Shown one piece after another: positions 10,397 to 22,127 of a DNA stretch of 64,000 nt. Where the stretch lies: assembly GCA_025558095.1 (NCBI GenBank), contig JAIVFI010000028.1, forward strand, positions 248,001 through 312,000. Direction: 5' to 3'. A program made the position numbers and the translations under genes. The DNA is from Hyaloraphidium curvatum SAG 235-1 (taxonomy: Eukaryota; Fungi; Monoblepharomycota). Under the pieces are notes generated by a model, which worked only from the letters and a program-made list of their open reading frames with translations, was not told where the DNA came from and searched no databases. How positions within the stretch are numbered: the stretch's first letter is position 1; each line of letters starts with the position of its first letter.

Positions 10397-11880
10397 ATGC
10401 CGGCCATAAAGAGCTCGCCGTCGCCGACCAGCGCGGGACCGGAGTGGGAGGCGTCCTCGGCGGGCGGGTCGGGCTCGGGCTCGGGCGGCACCGAGTCGGG
10501 CGACAGCGGCGAGGGCGCGGGCGAGGCCGACGACGCCGGGCTGCCGGCGCCGCGGCCGCCGAAGAAGGCAAAGAAGCGCGGGCCGCGCGACGACGACGAC
10601 GCGCCGAAGCGGAAGAAGGCGTCCCGCGGTGGGTGCCGTCGCCGTCCCTTCCTCGTCCTGGATGTTGACTTCGTTCTCTCCCCGTTCCTATATCCGTTTA
10701 ACCCACGATCCAGCCTGCTTCCACTGCCAGAAGGCGCATCTCACCTGCGACGACACGCGGCCGTGCTCCCGCTGTCTGAAGCGCGGCCTGGCCGACTCGT
10801 GCACGGACGGCTTCCGCAAGAAGGCAAAGTACCTCGCGGACGTCGGCGACGCGGACCTCAGGGCGGACACTCCACCGCCGGGCGCTCGGCCACCGAAGCC
10901 GCGCCCACAGGCACCTCTGCAACACGCCCCTCTGCTCGCAACCTCCCCGCCGCCGCTGCTGCAGCCCCAGCCCCACATGGCGAACCCCTCGGCGCTGCAG
11001 CACCCGGACCCGTCCCTCTTCTCCTCGGACTCGATCAACCTCGAGTACGCCATGCTTTCCAACATGCTGCAACAGCAGGGCTTCCCGCTGCCACCCGCCC
11101 CCGCCGCCGTCTTCCCTCCCGCGCCCGCGCCGGCGCGCACCACCACCCCCGCCCTGCCCACACAGCAGGCCGCCCATGCCGCCTACCAGGCCGTCTCGCG
11201 GCCCTACGACTACCGGCAGGGCTTCCACCACCTCGTGGCCTACATCAAATCGCGCTTCCAGAAGGACGACATCATGAGGATCTGCCGCGCACTGGCCCAC
11301 TTCCGGCCGTCCTTCATGGCGCAGATCATGAACCTGAGCGAGGAGGACCTGGTGTTCATGGAAAAGTGCTTCCAGCGCACCCTCGTCGAGTACGAGAAGC
11401 TCATCAACTGCTCGGGGACGCCGACCGTGGTGTGGCGCCGGACGGGCGAGGTGGCGCTGGTCGGCAAGGAATTTTCGCTTCTGACGGGCTGGGGACGCGA
11501 AGGCTTGGTGGGCAAGAAGACGTACATCTACGAGGTGGGAGGCGTTCTGCCGGACATGATCACCTCGGACCTCTGACGCGCCGCACCGCTCCCGGAACAG
11601 CTCATGGACACTGCCTCGGCCGTGGACTACTGGGAAAAGTTCAGCCTCATAGCGTTCGACAACTCGCAGCAGTCCGTCATGACGACCTGCAACCTCGTCA
11701 CCCCCCAGGGCCGCTCTGTCCCGTGCGCCTTCTGCTTCACCATCAAGCGGGACATCTTCGACGTGGTGGGTAGCCTCTATCGGTCCCGCCGGTGGGCAGA
11801 AGTGCTAACGGTAGGGATGGCAGCCGCTGGCGATCGTCGGGGCGTTCCTGCCCAGCTTCGACAAGATGGCGGCGTCATAG
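10397..11880 (+). CDS. ERT1: Zn2Cys6 + PAS transcription factor of the ERT1/RDS2 (AcuK/AcuM) gluconeogenesis family
   Basis: ACFHCQKAHLTCDDTRPCSRCLKRGLADSCTDGFRKKAKYL; PYDYRQGFH; FMEKCFQRTL.EYEK; GTPTVVWRRTGE; CFTIKRDIFDV|PLAIVGAFLP. Three introns. Confidence 0.88.
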
Positions 11881-12690
11881 GCGGGCATATTGCTTTCTCC
11901 TGCGATACTGAGCGGATTGCACTTTGTTGCCTCTCCTTTCTCGCTCCCTATCCCGCCTTTTCGTCGATACCGCGGTCCTCCCACCGTCGCCCGGTCCCGA
12001 TCGGCCCAGCGGCTCGGGTGTTGCCACCGCAACACTTCCTTGCTTTCCCTCGTTTACCTTTCCACCTTTGTCTCCGTCGTCATCTCCTCCTCGGTCGCCA
12101 TTTCGTCCGCCGCCGACCGACCGGCCGTTTTGGGGTCGCCACCCGCCACCGTTTCCGTTCAGGGACAGGGGCGCCCTTGCGCACCCCGTCCGTGCTGCCG
12201 CGCCGGGCGTTGGTGCTGCCCCGGGAAGCGGTGGCATGTCCGCAATGAGGCCGATCCCGCACGATCCGGGCGGCGATGGACGGGAGGGGCTCGGAGGCCG
12301 CGGGTGGGAAGGGCGGGGGACAGAGCAGGGGACTTCACCGAACGATCACTTCTCGAAACGGCCGCGGTTTCCACGACCGCGGGAGCACAGGGAAGGGAAC
12401 CGGTGCGGCCTCCGTTTTCTATGAAACTTCTCTCTCGTCCTATGCATGTTTTGGACTTAAGCATGGGAAGGTCGTTGGACGGCGGGTTCGGGAAGCTGAT
12501 GTACCCAGCCGCTCGACGAAACCATGATCGGGCTGGAGCTGGGTCCCTCCCCGCCTCTTGAGCAACCGAAGATCCCGACCTGTCAAACGTCACGACCACC
12601 CAGGAGTGCCCCTTGCCCTCCGTCGCTTGGTCTGCATTCATCTATCCCGCCCCTCGCCGCTCGGCTCGTTCCCACCCCCGGGCCGCGACG

Positions 12691-14375
12691 ATGCTCGCCG
12701 CGATCCCGCTCCTGCTCCTCGCCCTCCTCGCCCCTTCGGCCTCGGCATGGCGTTGCTTCCCACCCCACCATACCCCGGTAGTTCTGGTCGGTAACGACAC
12801 GGCCTGCATGTCCAAGGACGGCAAGGCGTGCGTGTGGTTCGCGGACCACGACTCCTGCCGCGCGGCGGCGGACGAGCCCGAGTTCGGCATGCGGGGGCTG
12901 ATCTGCGGGCAGACGATGATCGGTATTTACGGTGGGTGTCTTTTCGCGGTCGGAGGAGCGGGAAACGGCGGGAGGAGGGCGGGATGCGGTCGACGGCGTC
13001 GTTGCCGACACCCCCATCGTCTCCCACCTGTCATTCGGAGATCGGCTCGGCAAGCAGTGCGAGCAGCATCTGACCTTCCCTTCCCCTTCCTTCCTCAGGC
13101 CACAGTGGCTACGCTCCCGGCTCCTGGTGCCAGCACGGCAAGGAGCAGTACGCCCTCCTGGGCACCAACGCAACGAGCCCCTTCGAGCGGCGCCAGGGCC
13201 ACAAGTTCAAGTACGGCGTCGCGATCCAGTTCGGTGCCGACTCGCCCGCGGCTTACTCGGCCCGCGTCGGGTTCGTGCCCTCGGTCTGGACCACCTACGA
13301 GCGCATCTCGGACTGGTTCACCGTCGGCAACCCCGTGGGAATCGCGTGGGCTCTGGCCGGCCTCGGGCAGGGCTGGGGGACCCTGACCATCAACATGGTG
13401 CTCATGTCGGACTGCGGGTGGGTTGCGATAGCGGCGACAGAGGGAGCTGCGATGCTGATCAGATCCTCTTTCCAGCCTCTGGTGCATCGGCGACCGCGGC
13501 ATCTCCCAGCTCGCCGAGTCGCTTCGGCAGATCAACGCCCTCGGCATCCGCGTGCTTGTGATCCCGCTGCCCGAGCCCAACGGCTACTGGTTTTCGTTTG
13601 GCAACCAACCCGACGGCTACGGCGAGGTCTACCGCCGCATCGTGTGGGGCGTACGCAACTCGGGGATCAACGGGGACATGGTCAAGTTCGGATGGCAGAT
13701 GAACGATGCAACCACCGTGGGCACTTCCGCATCCAGTTTCCCGCTACACAGTGCTGATATTGGCTCCAGTACCCGTACGGCCAGACCTGGTACGCCGGCC
13801 GCCTCGACACCAACCACAACGGATATCTGGATCGCGGCGACGACCCGTGGAGCCCGTACTACCCCGGCGACGAGGTCGTCGACTGGATCGGCATTTCGGC
13901 TTACCACTACGGAGTCTCGTGGCCCTGGACCAACGGCTACCCCGCCGACGGCAAGGTCGTCGGCATCTGCACCAACGAGATGGGCGAGGCCGGCCGCGCC
14001 GGCTCCGGGTTCGACCTGCACCGGTTCGCGGCAGACAGGGGCAAGCCGTTTGCGATCTTCGAGACCGCGGCGACCTACTTCCCGTACCACAACCCCGGAC
14101 CGGGCCAGCTCGCCATCCAGAGCGCGTGGTGGAGGCAGCTTTACAGCGAAGCCACCCTGAACCGCCTCTGGAACCTGCGCATGATCGTCTGGTAAGGAGT
14201 CTGTCCCGCACTCGCAATCCGTGAGGCTGACATCCGCGCTCCCAGGTTCGAATACTTCAAGCACGAGGAGAGCAGCGACCGCGACTTCCGCGCAACCACA
14301 CCCCCGCTGATCGACACCTTCCGCCACGACCTGCCCCGCCACCTAATCGCCATGCCCGGCGAGATGTACATCTGA
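12691..14375 (+). CDS. Secreted GH26-like glycoside hydrolase with an N-terminal Cys-rich module
   Basis: Signal peptide MLAAIPLLLLALLAPSASA; PEPNGYW (acid/base); YYPGDEVVDWIGISAY; GKPFAIFETAA (nucleophile). About 4 introns. Confidence 0.8.
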
Positions 14376-14575
14376 GCGAGGCTGACCTCGCCCCCACTGG
14401 GGATGCTCCCGACGATCGGCCGCGCCGTTGGAGTGCCGACGATATCTCTTCTTCCGTCCATTCTCGAGCAGGAAACGTGGATTGCGCTGTGTCTGAGAGT
14501 AGAAGTAATGTAGTGCCTAATGATTGACGAACTTGTCAGCGACACTCTCGCTCTAGCCGTCTACCGTCTCTCCAT

Positions 14576-15430
14576 CTAGGCCTTCTTGAGCAGCGGTTGC
14601 GCCGGCGGCGAAGACGTCTTCCAATGGGGCGGATGCGACGCCTCGGCGCTCGGGCGCTTGCTCATCGTCTCATACCACTTGGCCAGGTTCGGCAGCGGCA
14701 CGGAGCGGGAGGCAAAGTCGAAGCCGAGGCGTACGCTGACCAGGGCCAGGAAGGGGAAGAGGGTGACATCCGCAACAGTGACCGAGTCGCCGACCAGGAA
14801 TCCGGTGCCAGACTTGGCGAGGTAAGATTCCCACACCGCAAGCTCCTTGTCGACCTTCTCGTTTAGTTCCTTGAGATCCTCCTCGGGCGCGTCTAGTCCA
14901 TGGTTGGCCTCCCCGAACCACTGCGAACTGCCCTCACAGAACCCACCCTTTTTCAATCCGCGCTTGTAGATATCATGCTCGACGTCACCGTAAAGCTTGT
15001 CATCCATTTCGGCCACGTGCGCAAACGCCCGAGCCTTGTCGTAAGGGTCCGCTGGCGTCAACGCCTTTCCGCCCTTGCTCTCGAGGTACAGGAGGATCGC
15101 AGCAGACTGCCCCAACGGCTTGCCGTCGTCGACGAGAAGAGGCACTTGGCCCCGCGGGTTGAGCTCCAAGTACCACGGCTGCTTGTTGTCGCGGTTTGAA
15201 AAGCTGATCAAATGGTCCGTGAAAGGGAGACCTTTTTCCACCAGGGCCATATGGGCCCGGCGAGCGTAGGGAGATCCTTGAGACGAACAGCATGGCATAG
15301 ATGGGTCGGAGAGACGCGTCGAATCGCGGCATCGCGGGTTAGAACGATCGAACCCGCGCGAAGCTTTGGGAGACGCACCCGAGCCGGTGAAGAGATGGAG
15401 GCCTTTGTCCAGGTCCGCCGGCCGTTCCAT
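14576..15430 (-). CDS. Glutathione S-transferase
   Basis: GSG|SPYARRA, LNPRGQVPLLVDDG, QSAAILLYLE, FLVGDSVTVADV, PNLAKWY...RPS. Probable in-frame introns. Confidence 0.9.
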   Translation of the reverse strand: MERPADLDKGLHLFTGSGASPKASRGFDRSNPRCRDSTRLSDPSMPCCSSQGSPYARRAHMALVEKGLPFTDHLISFSNRDNKQPWYLELNPRGQVPLLVDDGKPLGQSAAILLYLESKGGKALTPADPYDKARAFAHVAEMDDKLYGDVEHDIYKRGLKKGGFCEGSSQWFGEANHGLDAPEEDLKELNEKVDKELAVWESYLAKSGTGFLVGDSVTVADVTLFPFLALVSVRLGFDFASRSVPLPNLAKWYETMSKRPSAEASHPPHWKTSSPPAQPLLKKA

Positions 15431-15702
15431 GCTTCAGAAATGCTTACTAAACTAAGATGCTCCGGAGGAGGTAGGTTGCAGCCGGAATGCGCCGCTCCGG
15501 CGTGGTGGTTTGTTTCGAAATGAGGACGCTGACAAACTCGTTCTGGGACTCGATCGTGCAGAGTGAATCGTCCTCCCTGACAATGGATCGAGAAGCACAC
15601 GGAGGCTGAAATCTATCCCATCAGAATATACATTCTCAGATTTTTGGAGGAAGGAGGAAGGAGGAGGAGGAGAGAGGGTGGGAGAAACTAAAGAGCTCGC
15701 CC

Positions 15703-17843
15703 TTACATCATTCCTGATGATTCGGGAGAGATCAGCTTGCGATTCAAGGATCATTCGCGTGAGTACGCACCACCCATGCCGCCCATGCCACCCATGCCGC
15801 CCATCGGCGGGCCCGCATCCTTCTTGGGCGCGTCGACGATCATGCACTCGGTCGTGGTCAGCAGGGAGGCGACACCCGAGGCGTCAACGAGCGCCGTCCG
15901 CACGACCTTCAGGGGGTCGAGGATGCCGGCGTCGATCATGTCGACGTACTCGCCAGACTGCGCGTTGTAGCCTGCAAACGCTGCGTCAGCGGGGTGCAGC
16001 AAAGCGGCCAAGTCGGACCCACCGTAGAAGAAGTTGTTGCTCTTGGGGTCGGCCTTCTCCCCGGGTTTCGGCGCCGTGTACTTCTCCAGGATCCGCCCGA
16101 CGACCACCGCACCCTCCTCGCCCGCGTTGTCGACGATCGTCTTCGTCGGCGCCTGGATGGCCTTCTTGACAATGTCGATGCCGAGCTGTTGGTCAAAGTT
16201 GTCGGCCTTCAGCTCCGCCAGCATCTTGCTGGCCTTGAGCAGAGCTGTGCCGCCGCCGGGCAGGATGCCGTCCTCGACGGCCGCGCGCGTCGCGTTGAGA
16301 GCGTCCACGAAACGGTCCTTCTTCTCGCCGACCTCGACCTCGGAGGCACCGCCGACCTTGATCACGGCGACACCACCCGAGAGCTTGGCCAGGCGCTCCT
16401 GCAGCTTCTCCTTCTCGTATTCGGAGGTGGTGGAGGAGATGAGGGCGCGGATCTGCTCGCAGCGAGCGTTGATCGAGTCCTTGAGGCCGCCACCGTTCAG
16501 GAAGACGGTGTCGTCCTTAGTGACGGTGGCAGTGCCGGTGCTGCCGAGCAGGTCGGGGGTCGCCTGTAGGAGAAGATCGCCGGAATCAGTTTCGTCACTT
16601 GATATCGCAAACGAGCAGCCCACCTTCTCGAGCTTGACGTCAAAGTCGTCCGAGAACACGGTACCGCCGGTCATGATCGCAATGTCCTGGAGCGTCGCCT
16701 TCCGGTTGTCGCCGAACCCGGGCGCCTTGACGCAGCACACCTGGACCTGACCGCGCAGCTTGTTGAGGATGCAGGCGGCGAGGGCCTCTCCGTCGACGTC
16801 CTCGGCGATGACGAGGAGAGGGCGGCGGGTGGTGGCCGAGATCTCGAGGGCGGGAAGGATGTCCTGGAGCGCGCTGATCTTGCGCTCGGAGAGGAGGATG
16901 AAGGGTTTCTCGAACTCGACCTTCTGGTTCTTGGCGTCGGTGACGAAGTAGGGCGAGATGAAGCCGCGGTCGAACTTCATGCCTGGGAAGTAACGCAACA
17001 TCAGATCACCAAACGGATCACCTCGGAGCGTTGTACCAACCCTCGGTGATGCTCAGCTCGTCTTCAAGCGTCTTGCCCTCCTGAACCGTGATCACGCCCT
17101 CCTTTCCAACCTTCTCCATCGCCTGGGCAATCAGGTCGCCGACGTGCTTGTCGCCGTTGGCCGAGATGGTCGCAACCTGGGCAACCTCCTGGCTGGTGGT
17201 GACGGGCCGCGAGTTGTCCTTGAGGAACTTGACGACGACGTCCACGGCCTGCTGCACACCGCGGCGGAGGTCCATGGGGTTGATCCCGGCAGCGACGTTC
17301 TTCAGGCCCTCGGCAAAGATGGCACGGGCGAGGACTGGAGACGAGGTGGCAGATCAGCATTGTCGGCGGGCTCGCAAATACTTCGTAGGCGGATGCCCAC
17401 CGGTAGCCGTGGTGGTGCCGTCACCGGCAGTCTCGTTGGTCTTGTTGGCGACGTCCTGGACCAGACGGGCGCCGAGGTTCTCGAACTTGTCCTCGAGCAC
17501 GATGGCCTTGGCGACCGACACACCATCCTTGGTGATCTTGGGCGAGCCGTAGGACTGCTCTGTAACCGGGGCGAGGAGCAATGAATACGGAGCCCGACGA
17601 GCCCCGATGGGGAAGGACGATCCGGAGCCCACCGATGATCACGTTGCGGCCCTTGGGGCCAAGGGTGGTCGCCACGGCGGCCGCGAGGGTGTCGACGCCC
17701 TTCAGCAGCTTCGCACGGCCGTCCTGGCCGAACAGCAGCTCCTTGTGGCCGCCGAAGTGGCGCACCTGCGCGCGGGCGGCGGAGGGGCCGCGGGCGAGGC
17801 CGGCCAGGGGCGATGCCGCGCGGGCGGCAGCGTGCCTGAACAT
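15703..17843 (-). CDS. HSP60: Mitochondrial chaperonin Hsp60
   Basis: Arg/Ala-rich presequence, [56 protein letters not shown]. The GGM tail is completed by a final mini-exon (GMM, TAA 15703-15705). About 6 introns. Confidence 0.97.
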
Positions 17844-18256
17844 CGCGGGCTAGAAGCTGCTTCACGGGGCTCAGACGCGCGCTGATGCGGGAAACGCGAC
17901 GCTGCCGGGCGCGCGGAAGATCGTGGAACCGGGATCGCGATTTGTTGTTTTCGACGCGCGTCGTGGCGTCGAAGGCCAAGGAAATCCGCACGACTCCGTG
18001 ACGTTCCCAGCCTCAACCGGCAGAGTTAGGCCTCGAGATGTCGGTGGGTTTCGCGGTCTTCGACAGCCAGAGGAGGAACTGGGCGATGCCGGGCACGGAC
18101 GCCGCGCCGGAGAGCAACGATGGGCCGGCGTAGCGTGGACTTTGGATCACGGACCGGGCCGGCATGGCACGCTCGATGTGACCGCAGGGGCCTCGTTCTC
18201 GTCTGCCTCGGCTTCTCGGGAACTGGCTTTGAATCCTTCTGGCCAACTCGCTGACG
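17844..18256. promoter_or_regulatory. Shared bidirectional HSP60/HSP10 promoter
   Basis: Divergent gene starts about 0.3-0.4 kb apart. Only an imperfect HSE-like GAAgaTCGtgGAA at 17916-17928. Confidence 0.6.
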
Positions 18257-18832
18257 ATGTGTCTCCGTGACCGCCTCTCCGGCCTCTTCGCGACATGGCC
18301 TGACTCCACCGTCGACATTCGACAACTCTGCGGGATACAGGTCTCCAGCAACGTCCGTAAAATCATCCCCCTTTTCGACCGGATCCTGGTGCAGCGGGTG
18401 AAGGCGCAGGAGGTCCGTAGGCGGCGCTCTGACAACCCTTGATCCACTGTTCTGACTCGGCGACCCATCTTCCCCTCCGGTGGCCTCATAAATGCTCCTT
18501 CGGGACTGCCGGATGACTTCTCGACACCTGTGTCTTACCGCAGCGGACAGCATCCGGCATTTTCATCCCGGAAAAGGCACAGGAGCAGATGAACGAGGGC
18601 GTCGTCGTCGCGGCCGGTCCGGGCGCGTTGGACAAGGTATGTGGTGGCATAGCCTCCTTTTTGACGTCCTTGCTGAACTTTGTGGCTGTTACAGGACGGA
18701 AAGACGATCCCCGTGGCCTGCAAGGTCGGCGACAAGGTGCTGCTCCCGCCGTACGGCGGCAACAACGTCAAGATGGGCGAACAGGAGTACATCCTGTACC
18801 GGGACAGCGAAATCCTTGGCAAGCTGGAGTGA
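18257..18832 (+). CDS. HSP10: Mitochondrial co-chaperonin Hsp10
   Basis: RKIIPLFDRILVQR, TASGIFIPEKA, GVVVAAGPG, VGDKVLLPPYGG, YRDSEILGKLE*. The first exon and start codon are unresolved (ATG at 18164 or 18257). Confidence 0.93.
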
Positions 18833-18935
18833 TCGTCATCTATAGAGCCTCTCTCGCCGAACCGACCTCGACCGCCGGTCTTTTCATCAACATGCAGGCT
18901 ACCGTGATCCCACGTTCAGCCGCTGCCGCTGCCGC

Positions 18936-19751
18936 CTACTCCTTGCCAGCCTTGTCCGCCATCAGCGCCTCGTGTGCCTCGAGAACCCCCGAGTTCTCGA
19001 TGTAGAGCTCGGTCACGCCGACGTCATTCTCCTTGGCCCAGTCCGCGATTGCCGCGTACATGGCAAACACTTTGCCGATGTTGTCGCCCAGGTTCTTTTC
19101 CAACCCCGCGAAGTTGATCACGAACGGAACGTCCATCGGCTCGCCCTCGCCGCCGTCCGGGTTCGGGTCGTTGAAACCCGCCTTGGCGGCCAGCTCGGCC
19201 AGGAACGGCGGCGACAGCCTGAAATTGACGTGCACCGTCATCCTCCCCATTGTTCCGAGCCCGAGGATTCCGGGATGGGAGTCCCCCGCAGTCGGGTAGC
19301 CGAGCGCGATGCCGAGGTTCTTCTGCGACGTGTTGACCCACGCCCGGTACTTTTCCCTCAGGGCATCCGGGTCCTTCTCCGCCTCCGTAGCATCGATCCC
19401 GAGGTCCTCCGCGGCGCAGGAGGCGTCAAAGAGGCCGAGGAGCTCCCTCGCCTCGTCCTCGACCTCGAGCAGCAGGATGCGCCTGTTGCCGCCGAACTCG
19501 GCCACCGCCTCCTGCAGCGCCTTGCGCGTCTCGGGCGACGGCTCGAGGCCGACCCAGCCGCGCTTGGCCGCGGGCCCGGCGAGCAGGTAGATGGCCAGCT
19601 CGAGCGCCTGGCCGAGGAGGAAGAGCACGTCGGGGTTGTCGAGCCTCTTCCGCGTCGCCGCAGCGAGCTTCCGCCTCGTCGCGTGGGGTGGCGAGCGCGG
19701 GTCCTGGAACAACGGGAAGAAGCGGTTGACGAGGCTCGCGGCGGCCTTCAT
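18936..19751 (-). CDS. Hypothetical protein
   Basis: 271-aa ORF with strong GC3 bias and an LGIALGYP motif. The frame stays open upstream to an acceptor-like site near 19880. Confidence 0.6.
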   Translation of the reverse strand: MKAAASLVNRFFPLFQDPRSPPHATRRKLAAATRKRLDNPDVLFLLGQALELAIYLLAGPAAKRGWVGLEPSPETRKALQEAVAEFGGNRRILLLEVEDEARELLGLFDASCAAEDLGIDATEAEKDPDALREKYRAWVNTSQKNLGIALGYPTAGDSHPGILGLGTMGRMTVHVNFRLSPPFLAELAAKAGFNDPNPDGGEGEPMDVPFVINFAGLEKNLGDNIGKVFAMYAAIADWAKENDVGVTELYIENSGVLEAHEALMADKAGKE

Positions 19752-20649
19752 CTCGGGGCGTCGCCTCTGGCGAGATTGTTTATCGGCGGCGAGAGTGTCC
19801 GAGGCGCCGTTGTACAGCAGCTGCAGGTGGACGCCCCGCGCGGTCCCGCGTTGGACGTAAGGCGTAGCAAACAGCTCCTGTCAGGGAACGAGGATGTTCT
19901 CTGCGTTCAATGTCGTCGGACGACGAAGCTCATCCTCCCGGCCGCATTAATTGAGAGATCGGGGAAGTTCGCAAGAGCCGAGCTCTCTACTCAGGACGCC
20001 ATGACGCATCCCATGCGCCGTAGCATGTAGGAGATGCGGCGACCGCTTGCTCTTCGATCGAGCCTCCGTCTGTCGTGGTCTTCGGACTTGCTGGGCCAAA
20101 TGACTACGGCCAAAACCCGCCCAGCATCCGCAATGCGCCCACATCTGCGGACCCGCGTCAAAGAAATCAATGAATCATCTAATTCCGTTCTCTAAAGCAT
20201 CGAGGAAAAGCTGTCAGTATCTTGGTCTGGTGATGGAAGGATATTGGTCTTGGCACGGGGGGAGAAACAAACTCGGCATCAGGGGTGCGCCGGGCTACGT
20301 CATCAAGGTTCGCGCCGCGGGAGCACATATACCAGATGATTCAATGCCCGCTGAACTCTATTGAGCTGCAACATCGCGCTTCTGATGCTGGGAGACGGTG
20401 TGGCCGTTGCGGGCGGATGTGCGGAATGACGCGATCGCCCCATTTCGCCACCGATTCTCCAAACTCCCGGCGGCTCTCATTATCTGCCGTCTGGCGATCA
20501 AAAGGGGCCTCCAACGCTCGTGACTAGCATCAACAGCCTCACAGCGAGCCTTCTGAAGCTGCTTCCGGGCAGCAGCAGCCTCGCGCGAGCGAGCACTCTC
20601 GAAACTGCGCTCGGACATCAGCAACCTCGCAGCGCGAGCACTCTCCGCG

Positions 20650-21698
20650 ATGGCCCAGCTCCTCTCGACGTTCTCCGACCTTGTCTCGACGGCCGCCGAG
20701 CTCCTCGCCGATGCCAACTACCTTGCGCCGCTCCCGGACGGCAAGAAGCCGTACACGTACACCTACGACCCCGGCGATGGGCGCCCGCTGCAGTTTTATC
20801 CCGTCGAGAAGCAGCGCGTCCCGATCGCAGACGTAAGGAAGCTCTGGGGCCTCGACGGCGGGGAACCCCTGGAGCCGAGGCCGACGCTCATGCAAGACGG
20901 CACGGAGCTCAGGCTTGGAGAAGGCTGGATCGGGGAAGGCTTGACGCCGGAGGATTACGGGAACGAGAGCAAGGTCCGCGAGGTGTACCACCCGCGTGTC
21001 ATCGAGCTGCTCAGGCGGATCATCGAGGACGGCGGCAAGAGGAAGCTCAAGAAGGCGATCATCTTCGGTACTTTTGCGATGCACATGTCGACTTGCGCAT
21101 GCGTCTGACGCGGATGGCCGTTTCAGATTCCACGGTCCGCCGCCGCGAGACGCTTGAGGTGGCGGTCGCCGACATCGGCAAGGACGGCAAACGCCCCGCC
21201 GTGCCCCAACCCGTCGCCCGTATCCACGGTGACTACACGGACATGAGCGGCCCGCGAAGGGTTCGCAAGCACGTCGAAGGCGAAGAGGCCGACAAGCTTC
21301 TGGCCGAGAACCGCTGGGCGATCATCAACGTGTGGAGGCCGATCGTCGGCCCCGTGCTCGATGCGCCCCTGGCGCTGCTCAGGAAGGAAGACGCCGTACC
21401 GGCCCGCGACTTTGTCGCCCACGATCTCATCTACCCCGACCTCCGCGGCGAAACCCTCGCGGTCAGGCACCACCCCTCGCACCGCCTCATCTACGCCCCG
21501 GCGCAGAAGCCCGACGAAGTCTGGGTGTTCAAGACCTTCGACTGCGTCAAGGGCGTGGCCGGGATCCAAGTCCATTCGGGTATCGACGAGCCCAACCAAA
21601 AGCTGGCTCAGCGCGCGGCCGAAATCGGCGGGAGGCAGAGCATCGAGAACAGGGTGCTGGTCTTTTGGGACGACGTCGACACCCAGTCGAAGATCTGA
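20650..21698 (+). CDS. CmcJ/AsaB/NvfI-family oxidoreductase
   Basis: IHGDYT..SG..R, IINVWRPI, DAPLAL, PDEVWVFKTFD, HSG, RQSIENRVLVF. One intron at about 21068-21127. Ends in SKI. Confidence 0.85.
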
Positions 21699-21832
21699 AG
21701 AGGATGTCTGGCTTCTTGAGCGGATCTGGATGGAACCGGGGTAGTTGAGCAAATGTGCGGAAGGCTGTGTTTCATTGACAGTGAATTGAAAAGAGTTTCA
21801 AAGTGCATAACTATCATTGCTCATTGCTGTGT

Positions 21833-22114
21833 TGTAGAAGATTGGCGCGCCGCGGGGCTGAGTCCCACGGGCAGCGACGCCGCTCAAGGTACGAGTGTGG
21901 GCTCGCGGGCCGCGCATCGGGGTTCCAGGAAAGGTCTTCGGTCATCGAACTCCGCTCCAATACACCGCGAATATGTATCCGTTGCGGCCCGAGCGCGGCC
22001 ACGGTCCAACCTGGCCCGCGCTCGTGGCCCGTGCCCATGGTCCAAGCCCATGAAGCCACTATCCAACTCCGCATCCGATGACGCCGCGTGGGCGAGGGCG
22101 TCCCATCTCCAACA
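21833..22114 (-). repeat. 3' LTR
   Basis: tgtagaagattgg...ccatctccaaca; no difference from 23861-24142 found by eye. Confidence 0.95.
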
Positions 22115-22127
22115 CCCCCCCACGCCC
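22115..22127 (-). other. Polypurine tract
   Basis: The minus strand reads GGGCGTGGGGGGG immediately before the 3' LTR. Confidence 0.75.

Noticed and set aside
19880-20520. Possible ncRNA or extra gene in a lower-GC intergenic stretch
   Set aside because: No tRNA, snRNA or rRNA hallmark and no convincing ORF; cannot be supported without a covariance search.
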